Part shown: piece after piece, positions 37,776-47,023 of the stretch
How positions within the stretch are numbered: position 1 is the first letter of the stretch
Layout of the letters: each line of letters starts with the position of its first letter
Assembly (NCBI GenBank): GCA_964480705.1
Contig: CAYZPC010000001.1
Coordinates: forward strand, 31,297 to 95,296
Origin: an uncultured archaeon
Lineage (GTDB): Archaea; Iainarchaeota; Iainarchaeia; Iainarchaeales; VGJJ01
Direction of reading: 5' to 3'
Length of the DNA stretch: 64,000 nucleotides
Made by a program: the position numbers and the translations under genes
Notes under the pieces: model-generated
What the model was told of the DNA's origin: nothing
Databases searched by the model: none
The model's input: the letters and a program-made list of their open reading frames with translations, nothing else

Positions 37776-37809
37776 ATTGGAAAATGCCCGCTGGATTTGG
37801 AGTGGATGA

Positions 37810-38199
37810 TTGATGCGTGTCCTCGTTCCTATTCTCTCTCATTCGGATGTGGATGATGTGTTTGTGCAGCATATTTCCGAACAAGCCTCGGTGGTGTATT
37901 TGCTCCTAGTTCTTGACCCCAAATCTGCCTCTGCATCGTTTGGTTTCAAAACCAGTGAAATAATGTCCGGCCGAGAGACCATGGATAAAATGAAGCTCAA
38001 AATTAAAGAAAACAAGCGCTTGTGCACGGACATTTTAGAATGGGGAAACACCCTTGAAAAGATTGCGCAGATTGCGGAGATGAAGCAAGTGGAAAAAATC
38101 CTCGTGTATAATGGAAAAAAGAATCCGTATTTTCAGCACGTGGTGAATGACATTCAGAAGTCAACGACCATTCCCATTGTCGCATTCCCTTTATCTTAA
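37810..38199 (+). CDS. Universal stress protein (UspA)-like
   Basis: MRVLVPILSHSD N-terminus and TTIPIVAFPL C-terminus fit the Usp alpha/beta pattern. Confidence 0.45.
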   Translation: MMRVLVPILSHSDVDDVFVQHISEQASVVYLLLVLDPKSASASFGFKTSEIMSGRETMDKMKLKIKENKRLCTDILEWGNTLEKIAQIAEMKQVEKILVYNGKKNPYFQHVVNDIQKSTTIPIVAFPLS

Positions 38200-38223
38200 A
38201 TACCTGAATTTTATTCTCTTGCA

Positions 38224-39246
38224 TTGATGACTCGCGCCAAACCTCGTTCTGCAGGTGGTTATTTGAGTAAGCGTAAACGAAATTTGCTCTTACAATCGCG
38301 CATTGCGTGGCTGCGCGAAGTGCATGAAAAACATCCGGATCTGATTCGACTGACGACTCGTGAAAAAATAGAAAAACGGTATGGCATTCCTAAAAACTAT
38401 TTGGAACAATTCTTTGAAGGAAATAATTCCACTCGACAGCTGCGCACAAAAATCGAATTGGCGCAGAGGGTGCTAAATGATCCTGACCGCAAGTGGTTGG
38501 CGGAGGATTATCGCATCTGGCCATATGCTCGAATTGTTGCTCTCGCCCCCACTAACTCTGCAAAAGAAATTTATCAAACAATTCTCGCTGAACGTGCTTC
38601 ATTTCCGGATGCTTCCCGGCGAAAAGTTTTCTCTATTCATGCTATCAGTAATTTGATTAAGACATTTCTTCTTCGCCCAGATGGAATGGGGGTGATTTGG
38701 GAGAAGCGTGCAAAGAAAATGAAAAATGCTCGTCCAGATAACCGTTTATCGGAAGAGGTGCGAAGAGAATTGGTTCAAGAAGCGATTCCCTTGTCCAATG
38801 CTTCAAAACGTGCTTTGGAGGTTAGTGATTTACTCTTGGACCGTTTAATCTATGAGTCGAGAAAAGTGAAAGGTTTAGAGAATTTGTCTCAAAGTGAGCG
38901 CATAACGCGTTGGAGAAAATTTGTCAGGGTATGTATGCATCGGTGGGTGATCGATGCTTTGCGGAAAAGAGATTTTCAAAGTCGACGCACTAGCCCGCTT
39001 AAACAAAAATTTGTTGAAGTGAGTGAGTTGCCATCCTCCAAGATTTCGGTTTCGCTTGATTCTCATTTGCCAACCGGTTTTAAGTTAACGCCAAAAGATA
39101 GGGAAGTCCTTGATTTGTTGCGGAGGGGTTTTACTAAAATTCAAATTGCTCGCGAATTAGGGCTTACTGCGCACGCGATTACGCTCAGACTATTTTCGCT
39201 GCGCAAGCGGATTAGCAAGGCTTCTCAAAAAAATTCAAAATTGTAA
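38224..39246 (+). CDS. Putative transcriptional regulator with C-terminal LuxR/GerE-type HTH
   Basis: LTPKDREVLDLLRRGFTKIQIARELGLTAHAITLRLFSLRKRI. Confidence 0.55.
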   Translation: MMTRAKPRSAGGYLSKRKRNLLLQSRIAWLREVHEKHPDLIRLTTREKIEKRYGIPKNYLEQFFEGNNSTRQLRTKIELAQRVLNDPDRKWLAEDYRIWPYARIVALAPTNSAKEIYQTILAERASFPDASRRKVFSIHAISNLIKTFLLRPDGMGVIWEKRAKKMKNARPDNRLSEEVRRELVQEAIPLSNASKRALEVSDLLLDRLIYESRKVKGLENLSQSERITRWRKFVRVCMHRWVIDALRKRDFQSRRTSPLKQKFVEVSELPSSKISVSLDSHLPTGFKLTPKDREVLDLLRRGFTKIQIARELGLTAHAITLRLFSLRKRISKASQKNSKL

Positions 39247-40374
39247 AAAGTGCACTTCGTCCATTTTTTCGCGGTACATTTCTACATCGTCATTAAATTT
39301 TTTCATGAATGTAGTCATTTTTTCCACCGTGATTTGTTTCAATTCTCCGGAGAGCATTTTTCCGCTTTTGTAATCATCATGAATTTTTTTCAATTCATTA
39401 TCATTCTCAACTAAATGTTGTTTCAGCAATTCATACACCATGTCTTTCTCAATTTCCGCACCCAGTTTTCGTTGTTCTTCCGCTGTTTTTCGTCCACCGG
39501 TGACAGCGCCCTTGATTACTTTTTCAACCGCTTTCAAATCATCCGGCAGGGTAATGTTTCCTTTGGGATTTGATTTGCTCATCTTCGCATTTCCATCCAT
39601 GGATGGGAGAAATTTGTGATACATCGAAGAAATGGGCATGAAGCGCTGCGTGCTTTCCATCTTATGCAAGTAATCTCGACACAAGCGCACGTGGGGTTCC
39701 TGGTCTAATCCCACGGGAATAATTCCTGGTGTTGGGCGTCCCGCTCTTTCTTGGGGGAAAATCATATCGCCTATTTGCGTGACCGCACTCATGATGCGTC
39801 CCGGGTCGGCGTTTCCATACACTCCTTTGAACTCGTTGAGCGTAATGCGTTGCGCGGCCTCAAATGCAAGTTTGGTTACCGTGCGGTTTTCGCTTTGAAA
39901 ATAAAAATGGGTTTTTTTGATGTCTAATCCCAACGCCAAATACGCTGGAATGTGAAATCGCATCGCGCGTTTTTTTCCTTCTTCAATGCTCACGCCGCGC
40001 GCCGCAGCGCTTTCCAAGTCTGCCACGAGAACAAATGTTTCTCCTCCCTGCTCTTGGAAATATTTTACATTTTCTACCACACTCTTGGTTCCAAAGTGGA
40101 GTTTTTCGGCGGAAGGCATGACTCCGGTTAGCACATAGAATGGTTTGTGATTTTTGATGCACTCGGAAATGCGTTTCATGTCGCGCCCCGCGAACACTAC
40201 CTCGCGGCGCATGAGTCGGTTGGGGTTGGGGAACATTTCCACGTTAAACGGTTCTAACCCAAAGTGCTGCGCCACTTGCTTGTAGTCCGAAATCAGGTTG
40301 TCTCCCCATGGGTCGAGTTGTTCGCTGGCCATACGTGTACAAGCGCACACGGCCTTTAAAATCGGGGGGTGCAA
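39235..40374 (-). CDS. trpS: Tryptophanyl-tRNA synthetase (archaeal/eukaryotic type)
   Basis: Class I fold; VGLDQEPHVRLCRDY (GxDQDPx); KMSKS; C-terminal SGKMLSGELKQ resembles TrpRS anticodon-binding helix. Confidence 0.75.
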   Translation of the reverse strand: MHPPILKAVCACTRMASEQLDPWGDNLISDYKQVAQHFGLEPFNVEMFPNPNRLMRREVVFAGRDMKRISECIKNHKPFYVLTGVMPSAEKLHFGTKSVVENVKYFQEQGGETFVLVADLESAAARGVSIEEGKKRAMRFHIPAYLALGLDIKKTHFYFQSENRTVTKLAFEAAQRITLNEFKGVYGNADPGRIMSAVTQIGDMIFPQERAGRPTPGIIPVGLDQEPHVRLCRDYLHKMESTQRFMPISSMYHKFLPSMDGNAKMSKSNPKGNITLPDDLKAVEKVIKGAVTGGRKTAEEQRKLGAEIEKDMVYELLKQHLVENDNELKKIHDDYKSGKMLSGELKQITVEKMTTFMKKFNDDVEMYREKMDEVHFLQF

Positions 40375-40380
40375 CCATCC

Positions 40381-40830
40381 TCATTCGATGAACTGTTTAA
40401 TGTGTTCAAGAATTATATCCAATTTTTCTTTGGGTAAAATGTCGCTAGTCTTTGGCAAATAGTGCCGACCAAATTCCGTATCCATCCACGTTTTTCCGTC
40501 AAAAGTAATTGGTTCGTCATGTCGCGGTTTCATGTGCCAGTGAACGTGAGGGTTGTATGGTTTTTCTTTGAACGCGTGATTCATGAGGCATGTCCAATTA
40601 AACAGCGTAAATGGAAATGCCTTTTTGAGACCCGTTTCAAGTTTTTCAGTCACGCGGTGAAAGTCAACCATCTCTTCATCCGTAAGTTTAGACAAACTTT
40701 CAACATGACGTTTGGAAGAAATGAGGCATCTTCCCAAATAATTTTGGTCCCAGCTCAGGAAAACGTTCCAGTGTTTCGTTTCAAAAATAGGGTATTCCTT
40801 GATTGGGCAGATGTGGCATTCTTTTTCCAT
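40381..40830 (-). CDS. HIT-family (histidine triad) hydrolase
   Basis: NPHVHWHMKPR HxHxHxx motif. Confidence 0.8.
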   Translation of the reverse strand: MEKECHICPIKEYPIFETKHWNVFLSWDQNYLGRCLISSKRHVESLSKLTDEEMVDFHRVTEKLETGLKKAFPFTLFNWTCLMNHAFKEKPYNPHVHWHMKPRHDEPITFDGKTWMDTEFGRHYLPKTSDILPKEKLDIILEHIKQFIE

Positions 40831-40952
40831 AATTTACTTGTGAAACGTAGAGATAAAATCCTATGTTTTATTTTTTTCGGCGGTTTACCTTCCGCCCGTT
40901 TTTATTCAGTTTATTCGTGTTCGTTTCGCACTCACTTTTGGAGGTCGTTTCT

Positions 40953-41801
40953 ATGGATCAAAAAGATGCGTTGGTTGTTTTTCAAGATACAAAAATTAGG
41001 AGAATATTACATAATAATGAATGGTTTTTTTCAGTCGTAGACGTGGTTGGTGCTTTGACAGATAGTCCAACGCCCCGACAATACTGGGGCAAAGTAAAGG
41101 ATAGGGAGTTCAACGAGATTCAGTTGTCCCCAATTTGGGTACAACTGAAATTACCTTCTTCGGACGGCAAACTATACGAAACCGACTGCGCCAACACCCA
41201 AAACATGTTCCGCATCATCCAATCCATCCCTTCTCCCAAAGCCGAGCCCTTCAAACAATGGTTAGCCAAAGTAGGCTATGAGCGCGTGAAAGAAATTGAA
41301 AACCCTGAATTAGCCCAAGCGCGCATGGTCGAAACCTACCGCGCGAAAGGATATTCCAATGAGTGGATTGAAAGACGTCTGCGTGGCATTGCCGTGCGGG
41401 ACGATTTGACGAATGAGTGGAAAAAACGCGATGTGAAAGAGGGAGTGGAGTTTGCCATCCTCACGGCGGAAATTTCTTCCGCCACATTCGGAATGACTCC
41501 AACCGAATACAAGGATTTCAAGGGGTTGAAAAAAGAAAACTTGCGCGACCACATGAATGATTTGGAGTTAATTTTTACCATGCTCGGAGAAGCATCCACT
41601 GCACACGTTGCGCGTGGAAAAGACGCGCAGGGTTTTGTTGAGAACCAGCAGGCCGCCGTGGTGGGTGGAACGATTGCAGGGAATGCGCGAAAGGAATTGG
41701 AAAATAAAAGTGGAGAAAAGATTTCCACATCTGAAAATTATCTTTCTGTTCCTGAGAGTCAGAAGCGTTTGGAGCGCTCGGCTAAAAAACACATTGAGTG
41801 A
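40953..41801 (+). CDS. Bro-N / DinD-like (DNA-damage-inducible protein D family) protein
   Basis: N-terminus IRRILHNNEWFFSVVDVVGAL fits Bro-N; C-terminal NEWKKRDVKEGVEFAILTAEISSATFGMTPTEYKDFKGL block. Confidence 0.55.
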   Translation: MDQKDALVVFQDTKIRRILHNNEWFFSVVDVVGALTDSPTPRQYWGKVKDREFNEIQLSPIWVQLKLPSSDGKLYETDCANTQNMFRIIQSIPSPKAEPFKQWLAKVGYERVKEIENPELAQARMVETYRAKGYSNEWIERRLRGIAVRDDLTNEWKKRDVKEGVEFAILTAEISSATFGMTPTEYKDFKGLKKENLRDHMNDLELIFTMLGEASTAHVARGKDAQGFVENQQAAVVGGTIAGNARKELENKSGEKISTSENYLSVPESQKRLERSAKKHIE

Positions 41802-41825
41802 ATAGTTTATTGGAGATGCTTCACG

Positions 41826-42296
41826 ATGGTCAAAAAGCGCTGGGATAAACCCAAATCGGACAATGCCTTCCTGAATGATGTTTCATTCATTGTTTTCGTC
41901 GTGCGTTTTAATTATCGGGTGGTTGAGAAGAAGTGGCCGGAAATAACGAAAGCGTTTCATCATTTTGATATTGCAAAGCTCTCCAAATTAGACGAAACGG
42001 ATGAAAAAACCATGGAAAAATTCTTGCGTGCGCCGGGAATGATAAAAAACAAGTGGAAAATGCAAAGCGTTATCATCAACGCCAAAAAGTGTGCGGAGAT
42101 TCAACGCGAACATGGAAGTGTGTTGAAGTGGATTGCTAAAGCCAAAAAAGAATACAAAAAATCCCCCTTGCTCGCTCCCGAATTGAGAGATATTTTCCGC
42201 GTGTTTAGGGGAATTGGCCCGATGACAAGCACGTGGCTGGAAAGTTTGTTCATGTCTGATAAATCGTATGTCGAGTATGAAATGCCCGACAAGTGA
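41826..42296 (+). CDS. tag: DNA-3-methyladenine glycosylase I (Tag)-like, divergent (lacks canonical N-terminal Zn-binding residues)
   Basis: Colinear with E. coli Tag core (FHHFDIAKLSKLDETD..IKNKWKMQSVIINAKK). Confidence 0.6.
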   Translation: MVKKRWDKPKSDNAFLNDVSFIVFVVRFNYRVVEKKWPEITKAFHHFDIAKLSKLDETDEKTMEKFLRAPGMIKNKWKMQSVIINAKKCAEIQREHGSVLKWIAKAKKEYKKSPLLAPELRDIFRVFRGIGPMTSTWLESLFMSDKSYVEYEMPDK

Positions 42297-42306
42297 GTTG
42301 TTGATC

Positions 42307-42329
42307 AAACTTTTTGGTAAAAAGTTTGG
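42307..42329. repeat. Palindrome CAAACTTTTTGGTAAAAAGTTTG preceded by TTGAT (A5/T5 family)
   Basis: 11 nt after the tag stop; near-identical copy at 53261. Confidence 0.6.
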
Positions 42330-42562
42330 TAGGGTATGAAATGCCGGACTAATATCAACTGCTTTGTGCAGGAATGCTTCGCCATCGTTCAAATCCGCAC
42401 GCGTAACAGTGCAGCGCCACACTTCCTTGTGCGGGGTGCACTATTTTTTTCGAGTGGCACGTGGGACATTTGCTCGCGCGCGTGGGGATCATAAAAGATA
42501 ACGACTTTTAGGTGTTGATAAATGCTTGCCAGCCAAATCGCCAGCAAAAATTATTCAAATGA

Positions 42563-42922
42563 CTATCGTTGCGTTTCCAAATAGGCTTGTCGCGCGAGTG
42601 TTAGCGCGTCTTGGAGTGTTTCATCCGACTCAATAGTGACTTCTACCCATCCATTGTTCGCCATATTTTTGTCTCGGGGCACGCGTGCCATGTTTGAGTT
42701 GATGGCGCGCTGCTGGTGCGTGCGTGGTAGTTTAATGCGCATGGAAATCTGTCGCATGGTGGTGTACATTTCGCAGAATAGTTCTCCATTCGCTGAAACC
42801 GAGTCTCCTAATCCGGAGCGCTGCGGCTGAATGCCTTTCCAGCGTTTGATTCCATTCATGAATCCTTCATTCCATCTTTCCACGTCGAGTGGTCCTTTCG
42901 TGAGTGTTACATTGTCGTTCAT
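42563..42922 (-). CDS. Hypothetical protein (119 aa)
   Basis: ORF only. Confidence 0.4.
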   Translation of the reverse strand: MNDNVTLTKGPLDVERWNEGFMNGIKRWKGIQPQRSGLGDSVSANGELFCEMYTTMRQISMRIKLPRTHQQRAINSNMARVPRDKNMANNGWVEVTIESDETLQDALTLARQAYLETQR

Positions 42923-43053
42923 CGGCTAATTCCCCCTTCGCCGTACTGGGACTGAACGGAGGAAGTATGCTTCATTGGAATAAAAGGCTTGACACTCTAG
43001 CGGGAAAAAAGGGCACCCCACCCCCATTTCCTCAACATAATTTGGTGGGTTTG

Positions 43054-44079
43054 TTACAGCAACACGGCCACAATCACGAAATACAATATGATAGATGTCA
43101 CATCCGAGATAATCGTTGCGAGGGGCCCGCTTCCTAATGCGGGGTCGTGTCCTGTTTTTTGGAATGCGTATGCGGTGACAAAGGAGGTGATGCTTGATAT
43201 CATGAGTGTGGCGAATATGGCGGCTGAAATTACAAGTGTTTCTCCATTTCCTTTCCATAAGAGGAAAATAATTCCATACACGATGGATGCAATCATGAGG
43301 CTGATGATGATGGAGATGGTGAGTGTGCGCACAAAATAGGGAATCGTTTTCAATTCCTTTCCCATAATGGATATGTCTCGAATGTAGAGTGTTTGATTTT
43401 GCGTTCCAAGCGCATTACTCATGTACAATATCGCTGGGATGAAAAACGCCACGATGAGATGTTCATCCAGCACGCGTGCAAACTGGTCCATGATTCCCGC
43501 GGCAATAATCACTCCCACTAATCCAATGAGCAGCCATGGGGCGCGGTGCACAATGCTTTCGCGAATGGGAATGTGCATCGTGTCTTCATAATCTAAGTGC
43601 GCGTGGTGCACACCCGAAAAGGACAGGATGTGTTCGCGCAGGGTTCGGTTGATGATGTGGAGAATTTTATTCGTGACAATGACTCCTACGAGTTTTCCTT
43701 GTTTCACAATGGGGATGGCTCGCAGGTTGTGCTGCAATGCGAGGTGTGCGATTCGTTCGCGGTGCGTGTCGGGTCGAACGTAAATGATTTCTTTTTGCAT
43801 GACGCTTTTGATGGGCGTGGTGGGGGCGTAGCGAAATAAATCGCGGATTGAAATAACCCCCACTAGTTTTTCGGAGGAATTTTGAATGTAAATGTATTCC
43901 ACTTCATCAAAGTCTCCTCCATTTTTGGAGATGTGTTCGTCCACTTGCTTGATGGTCCATGTTTCGGGAACCACAGGAAAGTGTCCCGCTCCATAATATG
44001 CAGCCGTTCCATGCGCGGTGTGTTCGGCTGAAAAAGTGCTCCGCATTTCGGGGGTGGTTGGTTTGCGGGCAATCGTCAT
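43054..44079 (-). CDS. mgtE: Magnesium transporter MgtE (CBS pair plus TM domain, no N-domain)
   Basis: Two CBS motifs then 5 TM helices with a conserved MgtE-like pattern. Confidence 0.8.
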   Translation of the reverse strand: MTIARKPTTPEMRSTFSAEHTAHGTAAYYGAGHFPVVPETWTIKQVDEHISKNGGDFDEVEYIYIQNSSEKLVGVISIRDLFRYAPTTPIKSVMQKEIIYVRPDTHRERIAHLALQHNLRAIPIVKQGKLVGVIVTNKILHIINRTLREHILSFSGVHHAHLDYEDTMHIPIRESIVHRAPWLLIGLVGVIIAAGIMDQFARVLDEHLIVAFFIPAILYMSNALGTQNQTLYIRDISIMGKELKTIPYFVRTLTISIIISLMIASIVYGIIFLLWKGNGETLVISAAIFATLMISSITSFVTAYAFQKTGHDPALGSGPLATIISDVTSIILYFVIVAVLL

Positions 44080-44206
44080 GAGTGGGATGATTTTTTTTAG
44101 AGATTAAAAAGGAGCGTTCAGCGAAAAAGAAGAGGTGACGCAGCGGGTGAGTGCTGCGTACCAAAAAACAGACGAGTAATGTTTCGGCCGTTGAGAGTTA
44201 GTGGAT

Positions 44207-44674
44207 TTAGTTGGCCACGAATGTGAGTTCTTTCACATCGAGCACGTCTTCTTTATCCACGCCTTCGACGCTCAAACCGACGGTCATTCCTTGCTTGGCA
44301 ACCGCGCAGTTGGGGTATTTGCTCTCGATTTCTGTCACGCGGAATGTTTTTCCGGATGGAGAGATTCCCATCATGCGGGGGGCGATAACACCGGATTTGA
44401 CTTTGCCGATGATATAAACGCCGTTAAATCCTAAGAATGTGGAGATTTTTTGAACCTCTAATTTGGGCTCTTTGCCCGGTTCCACTCGAATGTGGTCCTC
44501 CGGACGCGAAATAATTTGGATACCGCTACTTGCTGTGGCGGCTACACTCATTTTGGATCGGCCATTGCCGAATGTTAGGCTTATCAGACTCATTTTATCC
44601 TCACCCCGAAGATACACTATTGGCGTTTTTTTCTGGGACTGGGTGTTGATTAAGGTTCTGGTGGGCAAAACCAA
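44207..44674 (-). CDS. Stand-alone EF-Tu domain-2-like beta-barrel protein
   Basis: GVYIIGKVKSGVI..GMTVGLSVEGV matches translation-factor domain II signature; start uncertain (MSLISL at 44594). Confidence 0.4.
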   Translation of the reverse strand: MVLPTRTLINTQSQKKTPIVYLRGEDKMSLISLTFGNGRSKMSVAATASSGIQIISRPEDHIRVEPGKEPKLEVQKISTFLGFNGVYIIGKVKSGVIAPRMMGISPSGKTFRVTEIESKYPNCAVAKQGMTVGLSVEGVDKEDVLDVKELTFVAN

Positions 44675-44935
44675 ACCTTACACCCATTGCAGACTTTGAG
44701 TTCTTTACTTTGGACTTTATAACCCTTTTCCTCTGTTGTGCGTTGTTTGTTTCAAAAAAGGGGGTAGGATAACCCTTTTTCCCCAAAATGGGGGGTAATT
44801 AAGGATTTTTAAAATTATAAAAAGGGTTAGTTTTCGTTTTTTGTCGTGCGAATATGGGCACAATCTTGGACGAATTTGCGGTTCATTTTGCTCCCAATAC
44901 ACAGACATAAATTCTCCTCCCTCCCTGCTTTCCTC

Positions 44936-45574
44936 ATGCTCGGCCAACTCCGTTCCGCGTTCAAGCCCATTTTCAACGTGCTCGCCCAACCCTTCATTGC
45001 CCTGCGAATCAACCCCTTGTGGGTGACCTTAATCGCTATTCCCTTTGCCCTCGCATGCGCCTATGCGTATGCCACGCAGCAATTCTGGCTCGCTCTCCTC
45101 CTTTTACCCCTTTCAAGTCTCTGGGATGCTATCGATGGCACGGTTGCCCGGGCGCAGAAGAAGGAGTCCCTCTGGGGCAATTATTTTGAGACGATGATTG
45201 ACAAGCTCATTGAAATCATTATTTTCATCGGACTCTCAACGGTTGCCCCTATTGCTGCCATTTCCGCGCTCGGTTTTGGCCTATTATCATCCTACGCCAA
45301 GCCCCGCGTGGCGCTCGTGATTATCACCGACAACCATGACTGGCCGGCCATTGGTGAACATGCGGATAAAATGGTCATTTTGTTTGCGGGAACCCTGTGG
45401 GCGGCACTCTCTCCGTTTGCCGCGGTGGAAATCCTGACATACACGCTTTGGATGGTTGCGCTCGTTTCGTTGGTGGGGAGTATCCAGCGCGTGGTTTATG
45501 CCAAGAAATTAATTCATCTTGCTGAAAAAAATGGCTCTATTCTTCCGTATCTCAAGAAAGGAAAGGAACGTTGA
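44936..45574 (+). CDS. CDP-alcohol phosphatidyltransferase family protein
   Basis: DAIDGTVAR..G..D..D motif; 5-6 TM helices. Confidence 0.75.
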   Translation: MLGQLRSAFKPIFNVLAQPFIALRINPLWVTLIAIPFALACAYAYATQQFWLALLLLPLSSLWDAIDGTVARAQKKESLWGNYFETMIDKLIEIIIFIGLSTVAPIAAISALGFGLLSSYAKPRVALVIITDNHDWPAIGEHADKMVILFAGTLWAALSPFAAVEILTYTLWMVALVSLVGSIQRVVYAKKLIHLAEKNGSILPYLKKGKER

Positions 45575-45614
45575 CCTCGCCGGTAAGGCTAAAAGAGATT
45601 CCCCGTCCTTTGAT

Positions 45615-46040
45615 ACTATGAATCCGCAATTGAATCTTTCCGAATCTCAACATGTGAGTCATACACTTACTCCTCCCGCTTCAACGCATACCGTTGCGCC
45701 AGCGAGTAACCAGATTACCATTGACCAATTCTTGAACCTGGTGCAACTCCGCACCGCCAAGATCGTTTCAGTTGAACGTATTCCCAACAAAGACAAACTA
45801 TTGAAACTCACACTTGAAGTGGGAAATGAAACCCGCACCATTGTTTCGGGCATTCGTACTTTTTTTCCGGATGAAACTATTTTAGTCGGAAAAATGATTG
45901 CCATCGTTGCCAACCTTGAACCCAAAAAACTCGGCGGCGTGGTGAGTGAAGGAATGCTCCTTGCCGCGTTGGATGATGAGGGAAAATTTTCCCTGCTCGT
46001 CGCCGAGAATGATGTGAAGAGTGGCGCAGAAGTTCGTTGA
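45615..46040 (+). CDS. tRNA-binding protein (Trbp111/CsaA/EMAP-II-like OB fold)
   Basis: AKIVSVERIPNKDKLLKLTLEVG..LVGKMIAIVANLEPKKLGGVVSEGMLLAA. Confidence 0.75.
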   Translation, partial: TMNPQLNLSESQHVSHTLTPPASTHTVAPASNQITIDQFLNLVQLRTAKIVSVERIPNKDKLLKLTLEVGNETRTIVSGIRTFFPDETILVGKMIAIVANLEPKKLGGVVSEGMLLAALDDEGKFSLLVAENDVKSGAEVR

Positions 46041-46533
46041 GCGGAGCGTGTTGAACGTGCGCGTGCTTGTTGATAACGAAAAATCGCGCGCGGAAGAATT
46101 TTTTCAAGAAGCATTGAAAGAATGCGAAAAATCATTTTGCCTCTCTTCTCAATCCGGCTGCGTAATTGCGAACAACAATCTCATCATTGGCCGCGGCACA
46201 AACTCTCCTCCGGGGAATGTTAAAATAGAAAAATGTCTCAAGGATGATTTGCCGGAGAATTTTCGTTCCGACAAAACGTGTTGCATTCACGCTGAGGAGC
46301 GTGCGATTTTAGACGCTCTTTCGTTGGGAAAAAAACGTCTGCACGGTTCCACGTTATATTATATTCGAAAAAAATTTGGAGAAAAAGTTTTTGCAGGAAA
46401 ACCATACTGCACTATTTGTTCAAAACTTGCATTGGATGTTGGGGTAAAAGAATTTGTTCTCTGGCATGAAAATGGTATTGTAGCGTACGATGCGTGTGAG
46501 TATAATGAACTCTCTTTCGCACATCGTCTGTAA
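46021..46533 (+). CDS. dCMP/CMP deaminase-family zinc enzyme
   Basis: CIHAEERAI and PYCTICSKLA Zn-ligand motifs. Confidence 0.7.
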   Translation: MAQKFVERSVLNVRVLVDNEKSRAEEFFQEALKECEKSFCLSSQSGCVIANNNLIIGRGTNSPPGNVKIEKCLKDDLPENFRSDKTCCIHAEERAILDALSLGKKRLHGSTLYYIRKKFGEKVFAGKPYCTICSKLALDVGVKEFVLWHENGIVAYDACEYNELSFAHRL

Positions 46534-46585
46534 TTTCTTTTCTTTACTTTTTTTTTGTTTTTGTTTTGAAAAAATCGTTTCGAAC

Positions 46586-46981
46586 TTAATCGCCGAGTGT
46601 GTAATCGAATGCAATCGCCCACGTGGGTTGCACTGCGATTCCATCAATCAATATTTGGTCTCCGCACGCATACTCGCGAATTCGTCCGCCCGCGAGAACT
46701 TTCTCTTGGAGGGTTCGGGCGATGGATTGTTGCATATTGACAATTTGAATTTCTCCGTGAAAAGTGGGGTTGAATCCATTATCTTCATCTTCGCACGTGA
46801 ACATGGCGCGTGCACTTACAGCGTTCGCCCAGTATGTTTGTCCTGTTCCAATGTCAGTGACGTGAACGTAATACCCTTGCGCCGCGTTGGTTGCGCCGGC
46901 ATTTGACAATGCTAAAATGGCGAGGATGCTGATGGTTAGGAAGAGTCGTAAAATCATATTTTTCAACATAACTTGGTGCAA
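46586..46981 (-). CDS. Small secreted protein, unknown function
   Basis: Signal MILRLFLTISILAILALSNAGA. Confidence 0.45.
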   Translation of the reverse strand: MHQVMLKNMILRLFLTISILAILALSNAGATNAAQGYYVHVTDIGTGQTYWANAVSARAMFTCEDEDNGFNPTFHGEIQIVNMQQSIARTLQEKVLAGGRIREYACGDQILIDGIAVQPTWAIAFDYTLGD

Positions 46982-47023
46982 AAGCGTTATAAACCCAATA
47001 AAATGCCTTTATTCGCCCTTTCT

